Part shown: positions 30,436 to 38,948 of the stretch, one piece after another
Layout: the number at the start of each line of letters is the position of its first letter
How positions within the stretch are numbered: the first letter of the stretch is position 1
IMG/VR virus record: IMGVR_UViG_3300048924_000100
Coordinates: 62,001-126,000 of that record
Reading direction: 5' to 3' (one strand)
Length of the DNA: 64,000 bases
Program-made: the position numbers and the translations under genes
The notes under the pieces: generated by a model
What the model saw: the letters and a program-made list of their open reading frames with translations, nothing else
What the model was told of the DNA's origin: nothing
Databases searched by the model: none

Positions 30436-31002
30436 TTATGAGTTAAGTAATGGGGTTACCTCCCAACCTTGGGTGTCACCCAGCGTGTAGTGCAGACATT
30501 TGAAACGCGACATGGCGTCACCCATGCGACATGCACGTTCAGAAAACCGTTCAGCGTAATCTTCAACGATGCAGTCCTCCCCAAGCTTATCGGCCAGGAT
30601 AACTCCGGCAGGATAAGCGACTCCGCCCAGGGATTGCAACATCTCGAGATTTTCCTTCAGCACTGTTTGAAACGAATCGATCTGGTAATCCATCCACCGC
30701 ATATCGTGGATGATCCCTCCCCGGACCAAAACGATCTCGTACTCTCCCAGTGCAGGAAGGAGTATCTCTTTGTAGAACTTTGAACGTGCATCAAGCAACG
30801 CTGCAATTTTTGCCTCGTTGCTTTTCTCAGGATGAGTAAGGACCAACCAGAGTTCCCGGTTGTCCAACAATGCATTTTCTCCGACGCCGACGTCAGAACA
30901 GATCCCGACCTTCTTACCTTGCAGGGTGAGTAGATCACTAAGTTTCGAAATACAAGCCGACACAGTTTGGTCTGACTGGCCATCAACGTTGAAGTAGTGC
31001 AT
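30436..31002 (-). CDS. Degenerate dNMP/thymidylate kinase-like protein
   Basis: YFNVDGQSDQTVS at the P-loop position and ILPALGEYEIVLVRG resemble TMK, but GKT and DR are missing. Confidence 0.5.
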   Translation of the reverse strand: MHYFNVDGQSDQTVSACISKLSDLLTLQGKKVGICSDVGVGENALLDNRELWLVLTHPEKSNEAKIAALLDARSKFYKEILLPALGEYEIVLVRGGIIHDMRWMDYQIDSFQTVLKENLEMLQSLGGVAYPAGVILADKLGEDCIVEDYAERFSERACRMGDAMSRFKCLHYTLGDTQGWEVTPLLNS

Positions 31003-31011
31003 CGTTCCTCC

Positions 31012-32394
31012 TTACTCAAAGTAGTCCTTGCTCAGGATACGCAGCACGATGTAGAGACACAGTGCCGTGCGTACCAGTTGCACGGTTTGCTGGGTTTTTA
31101 CCCCAGTTTGTTCTTTGACGATTTCGTCACCAAGGGTTCGAATAACCTTGACGGTATCGTTCTTGCTTCGAGGGGCGCCGTAGGCGCCGCGCATCTTGAT
31201 CAAGACGTCGTACACGTTAGTTTTCTTAATACCATTGGTGTGCAGGTATTCAAACATGTGCTGGAGAACGGCATCCGCAAACTGTTTGTATTCCGGCTTC
31301 TTCGGGTTGTTGTACAGCTTCGGAAACTGCTGAATCACGTACGCCAACTTGTCACGGGGAGTACCCTCTAGGGCATCCGCTGAGTACTTGATCAGCTCGT
31401 CTTTGTAGAACGAGGTGTCCTCGGTGAGGATGCGATCAAGGTAGAGACCATACTGGGTGATCTCTTTGGTCTGAGACTTCAGCGCCAACTCATCGCCAAG
31501 GTTAACCTTTGCACCGTCGATACGCACGATGTTGGTTTTGTTCTTGACGTCGTGAAAGACTTTGTTGATGTCGTTAATCGCCCGACGCAAACGGTTCTGG
31601 ATATCCCCGACCATGTAGACGATTTTCTTGTCGTCATCCATTTTGCTGAAAGCGTCGTAGTGGATACCCGTCTTCGGGTTGATGATGAACTCAGCCCGAG
31701 CCTCGATCAGCATCCGCCAGCTACCGTAACGCTTGATGTCGTATTTCAGACTCAGGCGGTTGTAGGTTTCCAGCACCACTTCTTTCCGTGCCATAAACGG
31801 ATAGTCGTTGTGGATGATCGAAGTCAAACACTTGTAGTGGTACATCGACAGGATATCGATCAGGGCCTGGTGTTTGGTATCCTTGCTCAGGCTTGAACGG
31901 TTAACCCGGTACAGCAGGTAGGGAATGGTCAGGTTGAAGGTATCGCCCACAACACTCCATTCCTTGTTCACCGCTTTGGCTGCGTGCAGGTTTTCCTTGA
32001 GTTCCTCTTCGTCAACGTCGAAGATCTCAGAGAACCACTGGTTACGGTCAGCCGTGGTGAAGGTGATCTTGTGCAAACCGAGATACGGAGAACCAAAGAA
32101 CTCCATATGGCTGACCACGCCCACACTTCGAGTTACGAACGAGTAGACGTAGCGACGCAGCACCTTGGCCCACTTCTCATCAACAACCAGGAAGTCACCA
32201 AACTTGTTGCAGATGTCCAGGATGGCGTGGTTACTGTCGAAGTCAATGCCCGACAGCAACGCCTCAGTACCCGTAACCGATTGGATCTCATGCGGATCCA
32301 TCGGAAACAGATACAGCCCATCTTTGGCCAGGATTGAGTGATCTTCCATGCCTTCAAACAAACTGAAGATCGACGGTTCAAGAAACGATGTCAT
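31012..32394 (-). CDS. Conserved phiKZ-like protein (probable virion component)
   Basis: 460 aa; N-terminal GME and GTE fit the S/A/G-X-E prohead-protease sites. Confidence 0.6.
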   Translation of the reverse strand: MTSFLEPSIFSLFEGMEDHSILAKDGLYLFPMDPHEIQSVTGTEALLSGIDFDSNHAILDICNKFGDFLVVDEKWAKVLRRYVYSFVTRSVGVVSHMEFFGSPYLGLHKITFTTADRNQWFSEIFDVDEEELKENLHAAKAVNKEWSVVGDTFNLTIPYLLYRVNRSSLSKDTKHQALIDILSMYHYKCLTSIIHNDYPFMARKEVVLETYNRLSLKYDIKRYGSWRMLIEARAEFIINPKTGIHYDAFSKMDDDKKIVYMVGDIQNRLRRAINDINKVFHDVKNKTNIVRIDGAKVNLGDELALKSQTKEITQYGLYLDRILTEDTSFYKDELIKYSADALEGTPRDKLAYVIQQFPKLYNNPKKPEYKQFADAVLQHMFEYLHTNGIKKTNVYDVLIKMRGAYGAPRSKNDTVKVIRTLGDEIVKEQTGVKTQQTVQLVRTALCLYIVLRILSKDYFE

Positions 32395-33239
32395 CAGAAT
32401 CTCCTTGGTACGGAACGACGAACGGCGTCGGTTACCCGCTGACGGTCACTGTAGGCCATCCGCTTGGTCCATTCACCGGTGAGGTATTCGTGGTAATCTT
32501 TCCAGGCATCACGATACTCCATGATGTCATCCTTGATGTCGCTCAAGGAAACACCGCTACGGATAATCGCTTCCTGGGTAGGGCGACGGCAGGAACGGTA
32601 GATGTATGCCTTGACTGCCAGTTCTACCAGATGAGCAAAGTGTTCGTGTTGGCGCGTCGAAATACTGCTCAGGCCTTCATCGAACTCCAGGATCATCTTG
32701 GCTGACATCGAGTAAGTACCCGAGTTCAAACCAAAGATCACAAAGCAGTTGTTACCCGTCATGTGGATGTTGTTGTAGGTCACCGGCATCTGACGGTTAG
32801 AACTGAGGCTGTCGATCAGCGCCTCGGTCATGTCCGTGATAGAACCCTGACCACACATGTCGTTGGTGTTGGTACTCATCCCCAACATACCCGTCGACGA
32901 AGTCATCGAACCCAGGTAGATCTCGGTTACCGAAATGATCTTGCGACCACCGGTGACGATATCGGGTACGTTCACTTCAATGCAGGCGTTACCCAAGTCG
33001 CGGATACGCGCTCCGCTCAGATCGATCAACTCGGTCTTACCGCCGTTGGCATTACAAGCCGGCAGTACCGTACGGTGAATCACTTTTTCGCGAATGCCTT
33101 GTTCCACTGTGGTGTGGTTAACGAGGTTGTACCAGTTGCCTGCGAAGTTACCGTTGGGTGATTCGAAAGCCAACTTCAAGAGGTAATCGTCGATGTCACA
33201 ATTGGTGACCCGATTGATGGCGTAATCCACCGCGTTCAT
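32394..33239 (-). CDS. Conserved phiKZ-like virion/hypothetical protein
   Basis: 281 aa; GGAG RBS; translationally coupled to the next gene. Confidence 0.65.
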   Translation of the reverse strand: MNAVDYAINRVTNCDIDDYLLKLAFESPNGNFAGNWYNLVNHTTVEQGIREKVIHRTVLPACNANGGKTELIDLSGARIRDLGNACIEVNVPDIVTGGRKIISVTEIYLGSMTSSTGMLGMSTNTNDMCGQGSITDMTEALIDSLSSNRQMPVTYNNIHMTGNNCFVIFGLNSGTYSMSAKMILEFDEGLSSISTRQHEHFAHLVELAVKAYIYRSCRRPTQEAIIRSGVSLSDIKDDIMEYRDAWKDYHEYLTGEWTKRMAYSDRQRVTDAVRRSVPRRF

Positions 33240-33630
33240 AATCTGGTACTCCTGAGAGACGGTGTAAATAAATTGGGTTAAGAGGGGTCATAGCATCCTG
33301 CTTCGACCTTCTGAGTCGAAAGGTACCGACCCTCTAAAAACGTCTCAGAGAAACGGTTCTCCAAAACTAGTACCGTAGGGTACCTGACATACAGAAAACC
33401 GCTAGGATCGTTTCCTAGACAGCTTAGAACGGATCCTGAGAGGGGTGATTGAGGTGAATAGAAACCCTCACTCAGACTCTCATAATTAAATTGCATTCTA
33501 CCTATATATTCTATTTGAGATCTGCCGCCGGGCCGGGAGCGGGGTGTTTAAATTTCTTGTTTTTAAAGTTCCTTCGGAAACTCTGTTAAGTTTTTTGTTT
33601 TTCCAATTGGCTAATTTCAAGAAAAACTAT

Positions 33631-33774
33631 TCCCTTCTGTTTACCTCGCGCACACGCGCTCCGTGCGCTAAAGAACCTAATATATATTTATATATATTTA
33701 TTCTTTATTGCTCTTTTAAAGCTTTTAAAAGCAAAGAAACGCCTGCACGCACACGCACGAGGTATACAGAGGGA
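33631..33774. repeat. Imperfect inverted repeat enclosing an AT-rich core and palindromes
   Basis: TCCCTTCTGTTTACCTCG ... CGAGGTATACAGAGGGA enclosing CGCACACGC x2, (TATATATTTA)x2 and GCTTTTAAAAGC. Confidence 0.7.
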
Positions 33775-33780
33775 TGGAGT

Positions 33781-33801
33781 ATTTCAAACCTAAATTATTA
33801 C
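33781..33801 (+). promoter_or_regulatory. Early promoter variant
   Basis: ATTTCAAACCTAAATTATTAC resembles the other six copies. Confidence 0.6.
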
Positions 33802-33865
33802 TTTGTCACCTAGGAAACCATATTCTAGAAAAACGAATTGCGAAACACATGAGGAGTTAAGATCC

Positions 33866-34429
33866 ATGACGACTGTAGCCTGGAACGGCAAGAAACTGGT
33901 AACGGATTCGCAAGTGTCGCTGGGGACGACGGCGAACCCTGGACCGGTCAAAAAGATTTTCGAACCTGAGGAAGGTGAGTATTGGGAGTGCTACGGCACC
34001 AAGGTCGTGGCATTCGGCATCTCGGGGGATGGCAAAGCAATTGGCTTCATGCGCGATCGACTGCGGGAAGGGATTAGCCACCGTACGCGTTTCGATGACA
34101 TCGAGGAAGTATCGTTCGGCGCGCTGGTGATTACCGAGGACGGCAACTGCTACCGCTGGCAGACCAACAAACGGAATGGCCGGCCACAGCACCAAGACCT
34201 GTTGCAACTCATGCCACCTTGCACCGTCGGTTCTGGTCACGCCTATGCCTTGGGGGTCATGTGGATTGGCAAGGACATCGAGACTGCTGTGAAGGCTGCG
34301 ATCAAACTGGACAAGTGGTCAGGTGGAGACTTACAAATCTGGGAACTTCCACCTAAGCCGGACGTCAAGTCTGTTCGTCCCGTCGCACCAACCGCACAAA
34401 CACAAGTGGCCGAAACACCAGCCGCCTAA
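33866..34429 (+). CDS. HslV/proteasome-beta-like Ntn hydrolase, copy 1
   Basis: GAGGAG RBS puts the start at M-TTVAWNG (N-terminal Thr). Also has TDSQ, KKIF, GISG, GSG and D..SGG. Confidence 0.8.
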   Translation: MTTVAWNGKKLVTDSQVSLGTTANPGPVKKIFEPEEGEYWECYGTKVVAFGISGDGKAIGFMRDRLREGISHRTRFDDIEEVSFGALVITEDGNCYRWQTNKRNGRPQHQDLLQLMPPCTVGSGHAYALGVMWIGKDIETAVKAAIKLDKWSGGDLQIWELPPKPDVKSVRPVAPTAQTQVAETPAA

Positions 34430-34443
34430 CCTGGAATAAATCT

Positions 34444-35040
34444 ATGAGCACCATAGCGTTCGACGGAAAACAACTGGTCACGGACTCGTCGGTTTCGATT
34501 GACGAGACGATCAGCCAAACCCAGTTCCGCAAGATCTTTACACCGATTGACGATAACGAGTACTGGGAGATCAACGGTGTACGGGCGTTGGCGTTCGCAG
34601 CTTTCTCGCTACCGATCATCAACCTGGAACTTCGCAAAGCTTTGCAGAAGGGATTGAACGAAGGGGACGACTCAAGCTGCTTCAGCGAAAACTTTGACGC
34701 GATCGTTATCGACGAGACAGGTCTGGCTTACCAGATTGTGGCGGTTTGGGTGGCGTATGGGGACGATCGAAAGCTTCGCATCAGCTTCATCCCGACTACT
34801 GGCATCGTCGCAATTGGGACGGGTGATCAATACGCACTGGCAGTGATGGCTGTGGGTAAATCTGCTCGGTCGGCGATCAAGGCAGCAATTGCCCTGAACG
34901 TTGATTCGGCCGGTAACCTGCAAAGCTTCGAAGTTCCACCGAAACCTGAAACACCATCGAAGCGCCCTCCGGCGGACACCACTACTGAAGCTGGCAAGTG
35001 GATCGACGTCGGTCAGCTGGATCCGGTTGTCAAGTTGTAA
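34444..35040 (+). CDS. HslV/proteasome-beta-like paralog, copy 2 (degenerate)
   Basis: M-STIAFDG, TDSS, RKIF, GTG and N..SAG; clearly homologous to copy 1. Confidence 0.75.
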   Translation: MSTIAFDGKQLVTDSSVSIDETISQTQFRKIFTPIDDNEYWEINGVRALAFAAFSLPIINLELRKALQKGLNEGDDSSCFSENFDAIVIDETGLAYQIVAVWVAYGDDRKLRISFIPTTGIVAIGTGDQYALAVMAVGKSARSAIKAAIALNVDSAGNLQSFEVPPKPETPSKRPPADTTTEAGKWIDVGQLDPVVKL

Positions 35041-35054
35041 ATCTCCTATGCTAT

Positions 35055-35280
35055 GTGAACTCGTGAGTTTGCTCCTGCTTGAAGATAGTTAGCCCTGGCG
35101 TCCCCGTGGGAATAGTTTGGAGTCCCTACCCACATCAGTCAGTCGTCCCCCATTAACGATTGGCTGTCCCGGCAAAGCATCGCTGGGAAAAGCTCCACCT
35201 GCCAACTTAGTCTCATCGTGTCCGGACATCCCACTGTGGTGTCCGGATGCGGTGGGATTATTTCGCATTTTGTTTTTTGT
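35055..35280 (+). ncRNA. Candidate structured non-coding RNA
   Basis: No credible ORF. It starts at a TATG late-promoter-like motif and ends in a ~23-bp G-U-rich hairpin plus T tract. Confidence 0.4.
35208..35280 (+). terminator. Long-stem terminator
   Basis: 35208-35230 pairs with 35238-35260 using several G-U pairs, followed by T tracts. Confidence 0.7.
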
Positions 35281-35424
35281 TACCGGATGGATATATTTTA
35301 TACTTGCACACGTCTTTCGGTTTTTCTCATAGCTGGGTTTTCCGATGATGTGGATTGGAGGTGGGTCCTACTGTCCTTCGGTTAGCAGGTGCTTCTCTCA
35401 CAGGTGCAGCCTTTCTGAGGACAT

Positions 35425-35484
35425 CCCCTGTTGCGGAGTTTCTTGGGCATGCCAAGCACTCTACTTGCGACAGGGGTTATTTTT
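35425..35484 (+). terminator. Intrinsic terminator
   Basis: CCCCTGTTGC ... GCGACAGGGG plus TTATTTTT. Confidence 0.65.
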
Positions 35485-35540
35485 CATCTGTGGATAGATT
35501 CTTGGGCGATGTAGGCAATGGGTTGAAGTCATGTAAAAAG

Positions 35541-35558
35541 ATTTCAAGCCTACATTAC
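35541..35558 (+). promoter_or_regulatory. Early promoter of phuZ
   Basis: ATTTCAAGCCTACATTAC. Confidence 0.7.
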
Positions 35559-35622
35559 TAACACGTTGACCCAATTGGTCTAACGAATTCTTTCAACTGG
35601 TAACTCAAAGAGAACATTTCAC

Positions 35623-36621
35623 ATGAATGCAAATACTTCGGATCTGGCATACTTCCTCTGCGGTGGTACCGGTATTAACATCGGCGTGGCTCTGAAAAAG
35701 GGTACTCACACCGACAACAACAAAAACGCTTTCTTCGTCGGTCTGGATTCCTCGGATCGTAACAGCTCCGGCGACTTGTTCGAAGTTGTGCAGATGGCCG
35801 TTGCCAACGACCCTGACCAGAAGGCCAAGGGTTCGGGTAAAGTCAAAGCAACCAACTACCCACAAGCTGAACAGTTCATCAACCAGTTCCTGACCAAGCA
35901 CAAGCCACGTGATTACAACATCATCGTCTGCTCCACCGGCGGTGGTACTGGTTCGATGCTGGCTTTCGTTCTGGCGCGCATGCTGTTCGAACGCGATCAA
36001 CTGGTCGTGCTGTGCTTCATCAACGACAAGACCTCGCAGGTTGAAGAGATCAACGTCGTGAACAGCTACCGTTCGTACGCGTCGCTGACCACTCCTGGTT
36101 CGCTGAACCGCGTGGTTCCGTACATGGAGTTCGACAACACCCTGACCAACACTCGTGGTGAAGTCAACCAAATGGTCATCGACAAGCTCGATGTGGCCAG
36201 CCTGTTCCTGAGCAACGTCAACAAGGAACAAGACCACACTGACATGAAGAACCTGCTGAACTTCAGCAAGCACTACGGCGTTCCACCGTCCATGTCGCGT
36301 ATTCGCTTCTACGACGAGAAAGGTGTTGCAGACTTCAAGGGCAAGGTGCCGGTTGCAGTCTCTTCCCTGTTCGAAAGCAGCGATGCAGTCATCCCACGTT
36401 TCAACGGCACCGTGATCCGTTCCACCGGCGTGTTCGCTGACGGCGTTAAGCGTCCAAGCAACGCCCAGGAACTGCACATGGTCCTGGACCACGGCGAAGC
36501 TCTGAAAGAGCTGGAGAAACACATCGAAGCAATGGAAACCCGCAAGGTTGAAACTTCGTCGACCTTCACCCAGCAGAAAGATCTCTCTGCCGGTGCGGAT
36601 GACAAAGGCTTCTTCATGTAA
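35623..36621 (+). CDS. phuZ: Phage tubulin PhuZ
   Basis: CGGTGINIG and the GGGTGS tubulin signature; D..D..N T7 loop; acidic C-terminal tail (ADDKGFFM). Confidence 0.95.
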   Translation: MNANTSDLAYFLCGGTGINIGVALKKGTHTDNNKNAFFVGLDSSDRNSSGDLFEVVQMAVANDPDQKAKGSGKVKATNYPQAEQFINQFLTKHKPRDYNIIVCSTGGGTGSMLAFVLARMLFERDQLVVLCFINDKTSQVEEINVVNSYRSYASLTTPGSLNRVVPYMEFDNTLTNTRGEVNQMVIDKLDVASLFLSNVNKEQDHTDMKNLLNFSKHYGVPPSMSRIRFYDEKGVADFKGKVPVAVSSLFESSDAVIPRFNGTVIRSTGVFADGVKRPSNAQELHMVLDHGEALKELEKHIEAMETRKVETSSTFTQQKDLSAGADDKGFFM

Positions 36622-36629
36622 GTCCGCTT

Positions 36630-36689
36630 AGCTAGTGTAGGGTACCGGGGAGTGATCCTCGGTACCTTATAGCTGCTATATTGTTTTTT
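36630..36689 (+). terminator. Intrinsic terminator
   Basis: AGGGTACCGGGG / CCTCGGTACCTT plus T tract. Confidence 0.7.
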
Positions 36690-36753
36690 GATATCTTTTT
36701 CTACCGGCATCCTCATTACTATGAGGCATGGTTTTTATAAAGGGGTCAAGAAG

Positions 36754-37050
36754 GTGTCTAGAAGCTTCTCTCTGGATTTAAAATCCTATACCCTGGACGT
36801 ACCATTGGGTGCAGAACCAACGGTCTTAAATCGGACCGTAACCACGCTTGATCTGCATGCAATGCTCGTTGATGAAGGGTTTAATTCATTCGAGGTCCCC
36901 AGAGGGTATCACCGTCTTTGGGGAAATGACATTAACGCGTTAAGGGATCAGGTAGCTAGTAAGCTGTTGGGGGTACCTAGAGACGCTGTAGTCTGCATAA
37001 AGACTTTTGGGAAACTTCGGCAGCAAGTACTGGTTACACTGAAATACTAA
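36754..37050 (+). CDS. Hypothetical protein
   Basis: ORF in the conserved post-phuZ cluster; the start codon is uncertain. Confidence 0.5.
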   Translation: MSRSFSLDLKSYTLDVPLGAEPTVLNRTVTTLDLHAMLVDEGFNSFEVPRGYHRLWGNDINALRDQVASKLLGVPRDAVVCIKTFGKLRQQVLVTLKY

Positions 37051-37063
37051 GAAGGGGCGAGCA

Positions 37064-37615
37064 GTGATCAGATATGACGTCATGAACTTGGCTAATAGCT
37101 TTGTCATGGAAGTGGAAGACATTCCAGCAGTCAGGGAGTCAATCGCTGTACGGATGCTCGAAGCTGCCGTGGAGATTATTAATTATCCATCGCGTGAAGA
37201 CAGCATCCTTGATCAATTGGGGAGAGTGTACGAAGATCATTACGAGATGCTGACACCGGATCTTGTAATCATCAAGGTTAAAGAAGCACTGCAAAAGGAA
37301 ATGAAGCGGCGGTCGTGGGATAAGCGACTCCATGTTCAGATCCGTTTTAACAAGGTCTCCCACGCGTTTCATCAGGCCCTTATTGACATGGACCTGGATG
37401 CTACGTTGAGAGCTGCAGCTAAGCCTAAGCCAGTTCAGCGCATTACACGGGCTAAGGTAACAGGCGACACTATCAACGACAATCCAAGTCAGGAGGCCCT
37501 CAATGAATTCCTTGAAACTGTTGAGCGTCGGAGTCTTCGGCGAACTCCGCAGCTTTCAGATCGACAACCGACAGTTGTTAGAGAACCTTTTGAGCGAGAT
37601 CTCAGAAATTACTAA
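37064..37615 (+). CDS. Hypothetical protein
   Basis: GTG start after AAGGGG; 183 aa. Confidence 0.6.
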   Translation: MIRYDVMNLANSFVMEVEDIPAVRESIAVRMLEAAVEIINYPSREDSILDQLGRVYEDHYEMLTPDLVIIKVKEALQKEMKRRSWDKRLHVQIRFNKVSHAFHQALIDMDLDATLRAAAKPKPVQRITRAKVTGDTINDNPSQEALNEFLETVERRSLRRTPQLSDRQPTVVREPFERDLRNY

Positions 37616-38000
37616 CGATTACGTTCCCCATCTACATCGGGAAATGGCCTGGGGTTTGCTTGAGATGGGTGTTGAACAGCTCACGTATTCCAAAGGTGTT
37701 AATCGTAACGACTGTCATTACAATCAGAAAGCCGCTCGTTGCTACACGTACAAAGATGAGAGAGACGATATCCTTGCCACCATTATCTCTCACCTATCGA
37801 CACAGATAGGCAACGCGACCAATAGAACGTCACTGGATCATCCTTTTTTATACCAGATCCTTGCAAACGGGGACGTAATGGTTAGTGTGGATGTCCGGGA
37901 CCTAGAGCCCCTGGCAGACGATTTCATCAGTCAGGAGGAAAGCGGTTATGAGCAAGATTCTTGGCATACCACTGGGGTGCATACCGATAGCCTTTGGTGA
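37503..38000 (+). CDS. Hypothetical protein
   Basis: GGAGG RBS before ATG 37503; overlaps both neighbours. Confidence 0.55.
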   Translation: MNSLKLLSVGVFGELRSFQIDNRQLLENLLSEISEITNDYVPHLHREMAWGLLEMGVEQLTYSKGVNRNDCHYNQKAARCYTYKDERDDILATIISHLSTQIGNATNRTSLDHPFLYQILANGDVMVSVDVRDLEPLADDFISQEESGYEQDSWHTTGVHTDSLW

Positions 38001-38310
38001 ACGCGGTTTCCACCCAGCAGAAATAACAAACCTGATCACATTGTTAATGGGAGTGTGCAGGTATAATGAGGTGGAGTACATCCCCTCGGTGATTGCGGAG
38101 TATATCCGTACGGAGATGGATCTGGATCCACTGCATGCCCAGATCCTGATCCTGGATGCTTTGCCCATGTTACTCGACGTGGGTACACAGTTTAGAAGGA
38201 TGGCCGCTACAGGCTGTCTGCAACGTTATGTTGTGCATAGCCACATCATTTTACTGGAAGTAGACGATGACTACCAAGACCATTACGCATACAGTGATGC
38301 TGCCCCCTAA
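37948..38310 (+). CDS. Hypothetical protein
   Basis: GGAGG RBS; 120 aa. Confidence 0.6.
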   Translation: MSKILGIPLGCIPIAFGERGFHPAEITNLITLLMGVCRYNEVEYIPSVIAEYIRTEMDLDPLHAQILILDALPMLLDVGTQFRRMAATGCLQRYVVHSHIILLEVDDDYQDHYAYSDAAP

Positions 38311-38578
38311 CACTGACGTAACACAATTCATCGGGGTTCACCGCAACCTTATGGAGTCAATGCAAATCCCGCACACGCTGGATTTCTTTGAGAATGTGGA
38401 TGGATTTACTCATCCTATTCCAGAATGTCAGGAGCAGCTAAAGGTGGGTTTCTTCGAATTCTTCCGCCAGCTGCAAGACCTCAAAATGATGTACGGTTCG
38501 GTACAGTGCATTAACGCCACAGTGGGTAACAGCACCGTGACGTTTGTCTTTACCTATCAAGATTTGTCCTCTGCATAA
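38267..38578 (+). CDS. Hypothetical protein
   Basis: 103 aa; GGAAG RBS. Confidence 0.55.
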   Translation: MTTKTITHTVMLPPNTDVTQFIGVHRNLMESMQIPHTLDFFENVDGFTHPIPECQEQLKVGFFEFFRQLQDLKMMYGSVQCINATVGNSTVTFVFTYQDLSSA

Positions 38579-38588
38579 AGAGACCATC

Positions 38589-38948
38589 ATGTGGAAACGC
38601 ATCCTACCAATTGACTACGAAGAGCTGGCCGACCACTTGTTGGCGGTGTATGCAATGGATTGCAGCGACATGCCAGCCGAGCCATTTGATTTTCAGATGG
38701 CGAAGAATGTTTTGATCGATCAAGTGGAAGCCATCATGGAAGACGGCGAGTGCTGCGAAGACACCCACCTGACGGACCTGTTGTTTAAGCATCACATTTA
38801 TGGGTCGGTTAAATCCATGCACGTAACGAGTCTTCCAGGTACGGTCGTGTTTCGAGACGGACATCCTTTGAAGCTTCCGTTGGTTATTATCGAACTCGAT
38901 TCGCAAGGAGAACTCCCGTATGGCAACCCTGAATCCTTCACGTGGTGA
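38589..38948 (+). CDS. Hypothetical protein
   Basis: Probable start is ATG 38589 (MWKRILP), after AAGAGA. Confidence 0.55.
   Translation: MWKRILPIDYEELADHLLAVYAMDCSDMPAEPFDFQMAKNVLIDQVEAIMEDGECCEDTHLTDLLFKHHIYGSVKSMHVTSLPGTVVFRDGHPLKLPLVIIELDSQGELPYGNPESFTW

Noticed and set aside
33278-33813. Short ORFs 33278-33496 and 33544-33813
   Set aside because: Non-coding composition, no RBS, and they run through repeats and AT tracts.
35117-35561. Short ORFs 35117-35332 and 35355-35561
   Set aside because: TTG starts, atypical codons, and they cross terminator hairpins; treated as non-coding.
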